64,000 nt of DNA from Syntrophomonadaceae bacterium. Lineage in GTDB: Bacteria; Bacillota; Dethiobacteria; DTU022. Made by a program: the position numbers and the translations under genes. Below, piece after piece: positions 48,859-57,554 of the stretch; within the stretch, counting starts at the first letter, position 1, and every line of letters starts with the position of its first letter. The notes under the pieces were generated by a model, which had not been told where the DNA came from, made no database searches, and saw nothing but the letters and a program-made list of their open reading frames with translations. Where the stretch lies: positions 59,647 to 123,646 of the forward strand of contig SKMK01000020.1 of NCBI GenBank assembly GCA_007121075.1. The letters are read 5' to 3'.

Positions 48859-49989
48859 TTAATAAATAACCAGGTTATCCCTGTGGATCACTTCTTCGGG
48901 AACCGGCCTGTCTATTATATTGGCGATATCGAGGCTGCTTCTTTTCTGAATCCAGATCAACTCTTCTGAAGCAAAGTTGGTCAATCCCCGGGCCAGTTCA
49001 TTTCCGTAGGGATCTTTGACCGTAATCAGGTCGCCCACAGTGAAAGATCCTTCCACATCGATCACTCCTATGGGCAGCAAACTTTTCCCTTGGGAGCGGA
49101 TTGCATTGCAAGCACCGCTGTCTATTGTAACACTGCCGCACGGAACCTGACCGTAGGCAATCCATCTTTTTCGCCTGCTGAGGAAGCGTTCCTGGGGCTG
49201 GAAATAGGTGCCGGCGTGTTCGCCCTTTAGCAACCTGGAAACCACACCGGGATCATAACCATTGGCAATATACATACCAACCCCTGAATTGGTAGCTACT
49301 TCAGCTGCCTGGAGCTTGGTAATCATCCCCCCTGTTGCCAGGTTGTCATGTGATGTTTCTGCGCCGGCTTTAATGCTGTCGTCGATTTTTTCAACATAAG
49401 GGATCAGTTCAGCATCCGGGTATTTCCTGGGGTTTTTGTTGTACAGACCTTCTATATCGGTGAGGATAACCAGTAAATGAGCATCGCTTAAGCCGGCAAC
49501 CAGCGCGGAAAGGCGATCGTTATCGCCAAATTTCAACTCTTCCACCGAAACCGAATCGTTTTCATTGATAACGGGTACAACCCCGAGTTTGAGCAGGGTT
49601 AAAACTGTATTGCAGGCATTGATATAGCGCCGCCTGCTTACCAGGTCGGTGCGGGTCAGCAAAATCTGTCCAACAACCAGGCCATACTCGGCAAAAAGTT
49701 TTTCATAAATCTGAACCAGCAGGCCCTGCCCGACGGCGGCTATGGCCTGCTTTTCCGGAATGGAGATAGGGTTCCTGTTAATGTTAAGTCTTCCCCGCCC
49801 GGCACCGATCGATCCAGATGAAACCAGGATCACTTCATGACCCTGGTTGCATACATCAGCCAGTTCCCTGGTCAGTTTTTCCATGTACCCCAGGTTAAGT
49901 TTGCCGGTATCGTGAGTTAAAAGGCGGGTTCCTACCTTAACCACGATCCGGCAGGGAGCGGGGATAGAAATTTTTTTGTTTTTAGCCAC
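48859..49989 (-). CDS. proB: glutamate 5-kinase
   Basis: Amino-acid kinase domain plus a C-terminal PUA domain. It overlaps the proC stop. Confidence 0.9.
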   Translation of the reverse strand: MAKNKKISIPAPCRIVVKVGTRLLTHDTGKLNLGYMEKLTRELADVCNQGHEVILVSSGSIGAGRGRLNINRNPISIPEKQAIAAVGQGLLVQIYEKLFAEYGLVVGQILLTRTDLVSRRRYINACNTVLTLLKLGVVPVINENDSVSVEELKFGDNDRLSALVAGLSDAHLLVILTDIEGLYNKNPRKYPDAELIPYVEKIDDSIKAGAETSHDNLATGGMITKLQAAEVATNSGVGMYIANGYDPGVVSRLLKGEHAGTYFQPQERFLSRRKRWIAYGQVPCGSVTIDSGACNAIRSQGKSLLPIGVIDVEGSFTVGDLITVKDPYGNELARGLTNFASEELIWIQKRSSLDIANIIDRPVPEEVIHRDNLVIY

Positions 49990-50797
49990 GGCGCAATTTC
50001 TCCGCCTGATTTGTTGCTGCGATCACCGATTTTAGAAGACAGCTGCGGAACCCTGATTCTTCCAGCACGTGCATGGCTGCCGTGGTTGTCCCGGCCGGGG
50101 AAGTGACGGAATTTCTGAGTTCGGCCGGATGCTGCTTGCTGTTCTCCTGGAGCATGCGGGCAGATCCGATTACATTTTGGATTACCATTTCAGAAGCAAC
50201 ATCACGGCGAAAGCCCACCGCCACCCCGGCATCAATCATGGTTTCAATGAACAAAAATACATAGGCCGGGCCGGTGCCGCTCAGTCCAGTTGCCGCATCC
50301 ATCAGGTATTCAGGGATCCTGATGGTAATGCCCATGGATTTCAGCAATGATTCAATTTCATCTCGCTCTTCCGCGGTTACGTTGTCACCGGCGCTGATAG
50401 CGATTGTGCCTTCCCCAAGTAAACACGGGGTGTTTGGCATCAACCGTATCACCTTGCTGAATGAAGGCAAACAGCTTTCTATAAAATTGATGGTTATTCC
50501 GGCTGCAATGGAAGCAAATATCTGACCCTGCTGGACATAATCTTTAATCGAGTATAGCAGGCTTTCAATGTCCTGGGGTTTGACGGCAATAAAGATTTGC
50601 CGACACTGTGATATCACTTCTTCAAGGTTTTCCGCCCCGATAGCATTCAATTCAAGGGCCAGTTCCTCTACTCTTTCCCGGTTCAGGTCATAAAGGTAAA
50701 CCTGGGCCGGGTCAACACCTACTTTTTTTACAATACCTTTTGCCAGGGCTGAACCCATTGCTCCGCAGCCAATCAAACCAATTTTTTTAATGTCCAT
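49982..50797 (-). CDS. proC: pyrroline-5-carboxylate reductase
   Basis: Rossmann motif GLIGCGAMGSA and the P5CR C-terminal domain. A candidate TTGCAT-17-TAAAAT promoter at 50833-50861 lies just upstream. Confidence 0.9.
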   Translation of the reverse strand: MDIKKIGLIGCGAMGSALAKGIVKKVGVDPAQVYLYDLNRERVEELALELNAIGAENLEEVISQCRQIFIAVKPQDIESLLYSIKDYVQQGQIFASIAAGITINFIESCLPSFSKVIRLMPNTPCLLGEGTIAISAGDNVTAEERDEIESLLKSMGITIRIPEYLMDAATGLSGTGPAYVFLFIETMIDAGVAVGFRRDVASEMVIQNVIGSARMLQENSKQHPAELRNSVTSPAGTTTAAMHVLEESGFRSCLLKSVIAATNQAEKLRRG

Positions 50798-50982
50798 GTT
50801 GATCTTTCCTCTCCTTTAAAAACTTATCACTTATTTTAACCAAAGGGCAAAGTTAATGCAATAGCAGGCATATAGAAAAGTTTTCATGCCTTTTCAGGTA
50901 CAAATTGTATAAGGTGCTTAAGATATTAAGGGGTCCTTCAGGTTAACTTGCAGGCATACTGGCGGCTTGTGTACAAATAAAT

Positions 50983-51277
50983 AAAAAGCCAGGTTCCAAC
51001 AGGCCTTCCAGCTTTCCGTCGGATTTCTTCACTGTCCCCTCTACAGTCGGGATTCCACCACCGCCTCTGGATGGCTTTCCCCCAACCTCCGGGCAGTTAC
51101 TTTCATCCGTGCTGTGATTCCCGGTAAAATCCCGGCCCGTAAGCCTTTCAATTACCGGTTCTTTCAGCGATCCAGCTTTAGGGATGGCCCTTCCGTGGAT
51201 TCCGGTTTACCCTTCCTCCACTTCCGGTTTCCCTGCCGACCGGACCCGGTTCACTTTCCAGTCTCTCGGAACCTGGC
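50983..51277 (-). ncRNA. candidate ~295-nt purine-rich structured non-coding element (sRNA / leader / MITE-like), unclassified
   Basis: Minus-strand TTGACA-17-AATAAT promoter at 51284-51312. A perfect 10-bp long-range inverted repeat, GCCAGGTTCC with GGAACCTGGC, encloses 275 nt and is followed by a U-tract. There is no ORF. About 18 GGA motifs, many in an (A/C)CGGAAG context. Confidence 0.35.
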
Positions 51278-51345
51278 ATTATTATTATTGATCAATCCTG
51301 TCAGTTTGTCAATACCTTTTACAAGATTTTTATTTGTTTCTTTTG

Positions 51346-52545
51346 TCAGGCAAATATTTTTCTGATCTTGTCCAGGGCCCAGTCCAGGTCTTCACGGGTG
51401 ACAACCAGCGGAGGCGTAAACCGGATCACATTCTCGTGGGTTTCCTTGGAGAGGATCCCCACCTTCATAAGTTCTTCGCAATAACTGCGAGCCTTGACTT
51501 TAAGTTCAATTCCCGTCAGCAAACCTTTGCCCCTGACTTCGACTATCTGCGGATTATCGATCTTTTTCAGCTCTTCAACAAAATATTTTCCGCTTTCCAG
51601 GGATTTCTCAACCAGGTTTTCTTCCTGCAGCACATCCATAGCGGATATACCAACGGCACAGGCCAGGGGGTTGCCGCCAAAGGTGGAACCGTGGGAGCCG
51701 GGATCGAAAACGTCCATAATGCTGTCATCGGCAGCTATAGCCGAGATAGGCAGGACTCCGCCCCCCAGGGCTTTGCCGAGGATGTAAATATCGGGTTTAA
51801 CGTCTTCCCAGTCGCAGGCAAAAAGTTTTCCGGCCCGGCCAAACCCGGTTTGAATCTCATCGGCCATAAAGAGGATGTTGTTTTCTTGGCAAACCCGGTA
51901 AGCTTCTTTCAGGAACCCCTCCGGGGGAATAATAATACCACCTTCACCCTGGATCGGCTCGATTAACAGGCCGGCTGTGTTGGGGGTAATTGCTTTTTTT
52001 AAGGCTTCGAGATTGCCGTATTCAATCAGCTTGAATCCCGGTGTAAAAGGCCCAAAATCCTTGTTATAAGATTCATCAGAGCTGAATGAAACGACGGTTA
52101 TGGTTCTGCCGTGGAAATTACCGTTGCAGACAATTACTTCAGCTTTGTTGCCGGGAATGTTTTTCTTGCGGTAAGCCCATCTACGGACGGCTTTGAGGGC
52201 CGTTTCAACCGCTTCAGCACCGGTATTCATGGGTAGGATTTTTTCTTTTCCTGTCAGCCTGGACAGTTTTTCGCTAAAGGGGCCCAGTTTGTCATTATGG
52301 AAGGCCCTGGAGGTTACCGTAATCATGTCGGCCTGATCTTTTAAAGCCTTGATAATTTTAGGGTGGCAATGGCCAAAATTCATTGCCGAATAAGCACTTA
52401 ACATATCCATGTAGCGATTTCCTTCTGGATCTTCGACCCATACCCCTTCTGCCCGCGATAGGATTACCGGCAAAGGAAGATAATTACGGGCTCCATACTG
52501 TTCTGTGATACTGAGTATTTCATTTGTGCTGGTAATTTTAATCAC
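51346..52545 (-). CDS. rocD: ornithine--oxo-acid aminotransferase
   Basis: Class-III PLP aminotransferase with Lys in TSRAFHND...GKALGGG, closest to the OAT/RocD subfamily. 399 aa. Confidence 0.8.
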   Translation of the reverse strand: MIKITSTNEILSITEQYGARNYLPLPVILSRAEGVWVEDPEGNRYMDMLSAYSAMNFGHCHPKIIKALKDQADMITVTSRAFHNDKLGPFSEKLSRLTGKEKILPMNTGAEAVETALKAVRRWAYRKKNIPGNKAEVIVCNGNFHGRTITVVSFSSDESYNKDFGPFTPGFKLIEYGNLEALKKAITPNTAGLLIEPIQGEGGIIIPPEGFLKEAYRVCQENNILFMADEIQTGFGRAGKLFACDWEDVKPDIYILGKALGGGVLPISAIAADDSIMDVFDPGSHGSTFGGNPLACAVGISAMDVLQEENLVEKSLESGKYFVEELKKIDNPQIVEVRGKGLLTGIELKVKARSYCEELMKVGILSKETHENVIRFTPPLVVTREDLDWALDKIRKIFA

Positions 52546-52619
52546 CCCGTTTATTAATATTGCCGGAACGCAACCAGTTATTAAAAGCCTGTGCGCCCTG
52601 AGTTAACTTTATAGTCGTT

Positions 52620-53699
52620 TTATCTTATAGTTTCTTTTCCAGGCATGGGATTCGGCTCTGTCCAAATTTTACCCTCAAAATTCCTAAGAGAAACAGATTT
52701 TTCATCTCTATAGACTATGTTCTGTGGAGACATTGGACACTTCCCATAAGGAGTATCAAGGAGATATACCGGAACACAGAAACCGCTGGTGAAGCCTTGT
52801 AATTTCTTAATGATATTGATTCCACTTTCAATCGGAGTCCGAAAATGATTAGTACCATGTAAAATTTGACACTGATAAAGGTAATAAGGTCGGACACGCA
52901 TTTTAACAAGACCATGAACCAGTCTTTGATATATTTCAGGATCATCATTAACGCCTTTGAGAAGAACCGATTGGTTGCCAAGAGGAATACCAGCTTCAGA
53001 TAACATTTCACAGGCTTTGCTGGCCTGTTCAGTCAACTCTTTAGGGTGATTAAACTGAACATTTACCCAAAGAGGGTGATATTTATTCAACATTGAACAT
53101 AATTCGGAGGTTATCCTCTGCGGCATGGTGCAAGGTGTGCGGGTACCTATTCTAACAATTTCAATATGCTCTATCTCCCGAAGTCTGGCAATAATTTCTT
53201 CTAACCAATCAGTTTCATTAAGAAAAGGATCTCCTCCTGTTAAAAGTACGTCTCGTATCTCCGAGTTTTCCTTCAGCCACTCTATAGATTCTAAAATATT
53301 GTCTTTGGTAATATATGTCTCAGCCATGTTTACAAATTTCTTCCGAAAACAATGGCGGCAAAGCATCGCACATTGATTGCTTACTGTAAAGGCCAAACGA
53401 TCAGGGTAAACACGCACCAATCCCTTAGTTGGTTGGTGTTCTTCTTCATGAAGAGGATCTTCAACACCAAATGGGTCAAAAAGCTCATTTTTGTTTGGTA
53501 AAGCTTGTTTTCTAATTGGGCATTCCTGATTGTTCGTTGACATAAGACTCGCATAATATGGGGTTGTTGACCAACTATATTCCTTAGATACTTTTTCTAT
53601 ATCCTTTTTTTCGTCATCAGTTAGGTTAATGTATTGCTCAAGTTCTTTTACTGTGGATATCCTGTTTTCCAACTGCCAATGCCAATCTTCAAAAGACAC
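52620..53699 (-). CDS. KamA-family radical SAM aminomutase (lysine 2,3-aminomutase-like), short form
   Basis: CAMLCRHCFRKKF radical SAM triad. Strong collinearity with lysine 2,3-aminomutase (DPLHEE..., RVYPDRL..., GNQSVLLKGVNDD, RPYYLYQC). Only 359 aa, so it lacks the usual C-terminal extension. The gene is visibly AT-rich compared with its neighbours. Confidence 0.7.
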   Translation of the reverse strand: MSFEDWHWQLENRISTVKELEQYINLTDDEKKDIEKVSKEYSWSTTPYYASLMSTNNQECPIRKQALPNKNELFDPFGVEDPLHEEEHQPTKGLVRVYPDRLAFTVSNQCAMLCRHCFRKKFVNMAETYITKDNILESIEWLKENSEIRDVLLTGGDPFLNETDWLEEIIARLREIEHIEIVRIGTRTPCTMPQRITSELCSMLNKYHPLWVNVQFNHPKELTEQASKACEMLSEAGIPLGNQSVLLKGVNDDPEIYQRLVHGLVKMRVRPYYLYQCQILHGTNHFRTPIESGINIIKKLQGFTSGFCVPVYLLDTPYGKCPMSPQNIVYRDEKSVSLRNFEGKIWTEPNPMPGKETIR

Positions 53700-54060
53700 T
53701 AATAATCACCTCATTTTACATAATTAACTATTAAATAACATTTATTCATAATTTTTGTAAATCCACATATCCCTTGCAACTTGTGGTATTTTATTTAAAC
53801 TTCGTCATAATTGACAAAACCCCTTCACTTCTATCACGCATTTTAATTAATTTCCCAAAAAACAGGCTCACTAAGATTTGTTCTCTATATACATTCTTAC
53901 TAAACACTGTTTTAAAAATCACCATAAAAATACAGTAGCGTTGCACAATAATAATCTCAAAATGTCAAGAAATGATATTTGAAGTATTCGCTGTCACCCA
54001 GCTGCAGCAATTAACTTGTATGACACTGGCCTCCTCCTTTCGAAAATCGCCACTTCACAC

Positions 54061-54091
54061 AACGAATGCCGCTGTAAAAGCGGCATTCGTT
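54061..54091. repeat. perfect 13-bp-arm hairpin downstream of tRNA-Trp
   Basis: AACGAATGCCGCT-gtaaa-AGCGGCATTCGTT. Confidence 0.5.
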
Positions 54092-54100
54092 TAAACGCTA

Positions 54101-54176
54101 TGGCAGGGGAGACAGGACTTGAACCCGCAGCCTGCGGTTTTGGAGACCGCTGCTCTGCCAGTTGAGCTACTCCCCT
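54101..54176 (-). tRNA. tRNA-Trp (anticodon CCA), CCA encoded
   Basis: The minus-strand sequence AGGGGAG-TA-GCTC-AACTGGCA-GAGC-A-GCGGT-CTCCAAA-ACCGC-AGGCT-GCGGG-TTCAAGT-CCTGT-CTCCCCT-G-CCA folds as a canonical cloverleaf. Confidence 0.8.
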
Positions 54177-54246
54177 TCACAGCTCATATTTTAGCCTATC
54201 TGAATGTTGTTGTCAACGCCGACGCCGTGATTTGGAAAATCTCGTT

Positions 54247-56628
54247 TTATCCCAATTCATGGGCGGTACGGGCAATTATTTCGTTTTGAAGCTGCTCGCT
54301 GAGATTGTTGAAATAATCGCTGTAGCCAGCCACCCTGACAATCAGGTTACGGTACTGCTCCGGGCTCTTTTGAGCTTCACGCAGTGTGTCGGCATCGATC
54401 ACGTTGAACTGGATGTGATGGCCGTCAAGTATAAAGTAAGCACGGATCAGCTGGGCCAGGCTGTCCAACCCCTTGTTGCCCGCCAAAACCCGGGGAGTAA
54501 ATTTCATGTTCAAGAGGGTGCCGCCCGTAAGCAGGTGGTCCATTTTTGAAGCCGACTTAATTACCGCAGTAGGCCCGTTAAGGTCAACGCCCTGGGCGGG
54601 AGAGATTCCTTCGGATAAAGGCAGCCCGGCCAGCCGCCCATCGGGTGTTGCCCCGATTACCGAGCCAAAGTAAACATGGCAGGTGGTGGGCAGCATATTG
54701 ATCCGGTATGTGCCTCCACGGGCCGTCCCGCGCCCGTCCACGGTGCGGTGGAAACGCTTGAACACCTCCTGCATAATGATATCGGCGTAGTCATCGTCAT
54801 TGCCATAATGCGGGGTTTTGCGGATTAAAAACTGTCTTTTGTCTTCCCCGTTTTGGTAGTTGTTACTGAGCAGTTCAAGCAATTCTTTCCAGGTAAAATT
54901 TTTCTCTTCGAAAATATGCTTTTTAAGTGATGACAGGCTGTCGGTAATGGTGCCAATGCCAACGCCCTGGATATAGCTGGTATTGTAACGGGCACCGCCG
55001 GCATTGTAGTCCCTGCCGTTGTCGATGCAGTCATCGATTATCAGGGAGAGGAACGGGGCAGGCATTTGCTCGGCATACAGTTTTTCAATAACCTGGTTAC
55101 CGGCAATTTTGATGTCAATAAAGTAGCGAAGTTGTTTTTCAAAGGCTTCGAGCAGATGATCAAAGTTTTCGAACTGATCCGGGTTCCCGGTATCAAGCCC
55201 CACCATTTTCCCATCCGCCGGGTTTTTGCCGTCATTCAACGTTATTTCCAGGATTTTGACCAGGTTGAAATAACCGGTCAGAATATAGCTTTCCCTGCCG
55301 AAAGCGCCGGTTTCCACGCAACCGCTGGTCCCACCACAGCGGGCATCAATCAGTGATTTACCCTGGGCCAGCAGCTCACTGATTACTGCTTCAACATTAA
55401 AGACTGAGGGCTGGCCCCAGCCTTTCCTGATCACCTCCCCTGCTTTTTTCAAAAACAGGTCGGGGCTTTTTTTGCTGACCTGGACGTTGGTGCTCGGTTG
55501 CAGCAGCCTCATCTCATCGATTACTTCCAGCAGCAGATAAGTGACGTCATTTATTCCATCGCTACCGTCCGGTCTGACCCCTCCCAGGTTGATGTTGGCA
55601 AAATCAGTATAGGTGCCGCTTTCCTGCAAAGTAATCCCTACCTTGGGCGGGGCGGGCTGGTTGTTAAATTTGATCCAGAAGCACTCCAGCAGCTCCCTGG
55701 CCTTTTCCCTGGACAGGGAGCCATCTTCCAGGCCCTGATAATAAAATGGAGCCAGATGCTGGTCAAGACGGCCCGGGCAAAAGGCATCCCAGGTATTTAG
55801 TTCGGTAACCACACCCAGGTGCACAAACCAGTAATACTGCAGGGCTTCCCGGAAGTTGCGGGGCGGATAGGCCGGGACACGCTCACAAACAGCAGCAATT
55901 TGCTGAAGCTCCTGTTTTCGCCGGGCATTTTTTTCGGCACCGGCCAGCTCCCTTGCCTTTTTGGCATGGCGCCCGGCAAACGCAACCACGGCATCGGCGC
56001 AAACAGACATTGCTTCCAGCTGTTCACTCTTGGAAACAGCTTCAGGATCGTTCATAAAATCAAGTCCCGAGAGCACCTTCGCAATCTCTTCCTTCAGATC
56101 AAGCATCCCCTTTTTATAAATTTTATCACCGGCCACGGTGTGCCCCGGAGCGCGCTGTTCCATAAATTCAGTAAACAAACCGGCCTCGTAACAGTTCAGC
56201 CATTCTTTGCTCATCCGGCTGAAAATTTTATCCCTCATCGAACGCCCCTGCCAGTAAGGGATGATGGTTTCTTCCTGGATTTTTTTAACATCGTCGGTAA
56301 CTTTAAAGGAAATGGTCTTGCGATTATTGATAACATCCAGATCATCCAGGGTATGGCAGCACAGTTCGGGATAAGTGGGGGCAGCCTGCGGTCCGGTCCC
56401 CCTTTCCCCGACAATCAGTTCATCTTCATTAATACAGGTAGTTTTATTTTCCATCAGGTGCTTAAACGCAAGCGCTCTGAGCATTGGCGCGGTCACCTTG
56501 CCTTCGTACTTGCGATAAGCTTCTGTTACCAGCACCGCCCTCTCGGCGGTGATAGCCGGTACTGTATCTTCGCTCTGCTGCCTTAATTTTTTAACCCTTT
56601 CATTCATACCTCTGATCTCTTCACTCAT
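54247..56628 (-). CDS. glycyl radical enzyme, PFL2/glycerol-dehydratase class (substrate unknown; trans-4-hydroxy-L-proline dehydratase is one candidate)
   Basis: C-terminal glycyl radical motif RVAGYS and a Cys-loop GCVE in SGCVETG. About 793 aa if it starts at ATG 56628, which has a GAGGA RBS; the ORF-track start at 56691 overlaps the activase. Confidence 0.75.
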   Translation of the reverse strand: MSEEIRGMNERVKKLRQQSEDTVPAITAERAVLVTEAYRKYEGKVTAPMLRALAFKHLMENKTTCINEDELIVGERGTGPQAAPTYPELCCHTLDDLDVINNRKTISFKVTDDVKKIQEETIIPYWQGRSMRDKIFSRMSKEWLNCYEAGLFTEFMEQRAPGHTVAGDKIYKKGMLDLKEEIAKVLSGLDFMNDPEAVSKSEQLEAMSVCADAVVAFAGRHAKKARELAGAEKNARRKQELQQIAAVCERVPAYPPRNFREALQYYWFVHLGVVTELNTWDAFCPGRLDQHLAPFYYQGLEDGSLSREKARELLECFWIKFNNQPAPPKVGITLQESGTYTDFANINLGGVRPDGSDGINDVTYLLLEVIDEMRLLQPSTNVQVSKKSPDLFLKKAGEVIRKGWGQPSVFNVEAVISELLAQGKSLIDARCGGTSGCVETGAFGRESYILTGYFNLVKILEITLNDGKNPADGKMVGLDTGNPDQFENFDHLLEAFEKQLRYFIDIKIAGNQVIEKLYAEQMPAPFLSLIIDDCIDNGRDYNAGGARYNTSYIQGVGIGTITDSLSSLKKHIFEEKNFTWKELLELLSNNYQNGEDKRQFLIRKTPHYGNDDDYADIIMQEVFKRFHRTVDGRGTARGGTYRINMLPTTCHVYFGSVIGATPDGRLAGLPLSEGISPAQGVDLNGPTAVIKSASKMDHLLTGGTLLNMKFTPRVLAGNKGLDSLAQLIRAYFILDGHHIQFNVIDADTLREAQKSPEQYRNLIVRVAGYSDYFNNLSEQLQNEIIARTAHELG

Positions 56629-56629
56629 C

Positions 56630-57535
56630 TCAATCATCCTCGCTGAGTATTTTAATCCCCTGCGTTTTAAACCGGCCCTTGACCCGGTCAAACTCTTCTG
56701 CGGTGGGAGTATTAATCGTCCCGGGGCGATATTCCAGGTCGAGCCGGGTATACTTGGCGGTTCCGAGATTATGATAAGGAATCAGTTCAAGCTCATCAAG
56801 TCCATACTCTTGTAACAGCTCCGCTACGGCATCGATATTATGGTCGTGATCGTTTATTGTTGGAATGACCGGCATCCGGGCTTTGATCCTGGCTCCTTTT
56901 TTCACCAGTTTTTTCAGGTTGTCAATACCCAGGTTGTTTGACATCCCGGTAAACTTCCTGCTTTCAAGGTCGTCAGCCAGCTTGAGATCATACAGAAACA
57001 GGTCGGCGCGGTCGGCAATACGCTCCAGGTCCGCCCAGGGAGCACAACCGGAAGTATCAATAACAGTATGAACTTCTTCCCGATTAAAAGCTTTAAGCGC
57101 CTCTTCCAGGAAATCGGGCTGCAGAAGAGGTTCTCCGCCGGAAAAAGTAATCCCGCCCCCGGATCTGTCGAATATAAACCGGTCCTTTAGAGCTTCTTTT
57201 ACCAGCTCTCCCACCGTGTATTCTTTTCCCACCGCTTCCAGGGCTTCGGCAGGGCAAACAGCGGCACATTCTATACATCGGACACAAAGATCACGGTTTA
57301 TAACCGGCCCTGTTTCCCCGACCCTGATTGCCCCTTCCGGGCAGACTTCCATACAGGCTGCGCAACCCAGGCAGCGTTCCGGTTGTCTCATAATATCAGT
57401 CTCCGGGCTGATGCTTTCCGGGTTCTGGCACCACCAGCAGCTAAGGGGGCAGCCTTTGAAAAAGATGGTGGTCCTGATCCCGGGCCCGTCATGTAAAGAA
57501 TAGCGCTGTATATTGAAAATAAGTCCCTTTTTCAT
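56630..57535 (-). CDS. glycyl-radical enzyme activating enzyme (radical SAM, with extra ferredoxin-like clusters)
   Basis: N-terminal CPLSCWWC radical SAM motif, GPGIRTT and two additional CxxCxxCxxxC-type clusters. 301 aa. Confidence 0.85.
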   Translation of the reverse strand: MKKGLIFNIQRYSLHDGPGIRTTIFFKGCPLSCWWCQNPESISPETDIMRQPERCLGCAACMEVCPEGAIRVGETGPVINRDLCVRCIECAAVCPAEALEAVGKEYTVGELVKEALKDRFIFDRSGGGITFSGGEPLLQPDFLEEALKAFNREEVHTVIDTSGCAPWADLERIADRADLFLYDLKLADDLESRKFTGMSNNLGIDNLKKLVKKGARIKARMPVIPTINDHDHNIDAVAELLQEYGLDELELIPYHNLGTAKYTRLDLEYRPGTINTPTAEEFDRVKGRFKTQGIKILSEDD

Positions 57536-57554
57536 CGGTCGTCCTTACATTTCT

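Noticed and set aside
50983-51277. RNase P RNA, SRP RNA, tmRNA, 6S RNA, or a cobalamin/FMN/glmS/c-di-AMP riboswitch for the purine-rich element
   Set aside because: None of the diagnostic conserved strings (GGAAAGUCC with ACAGAA for RNase P, GUCAGGUCCGGAAGGAAGCAGC for SRP, a tRNA-like end with CCA for tmRNA, the B12 box GCCACUG, and so on) is present.
50800-51345. Pro-specific T-box leader upstream of proCBA
   Set aside because: The best candidate, GGTGGAATCCCG, has 3 mismatches to the GGTGGNACCGCG core. It is not followed by a local terminator/antiterminator pair. The leuA T-box in the same window matches the consensus cleanly, so the consensus I used is appropriate.
56629-56691. Longer N-terminus for the glycyl radical enzyme overlapping the activase gene
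   Set aside because: ATG 56628 has a properly spaced GAGGA and avoids a 60-nt overlap. The upstream residues (MTGSRAGLKRRGLKYSAR) are not part of the conserved glycyl radical enzyme N-terminus.
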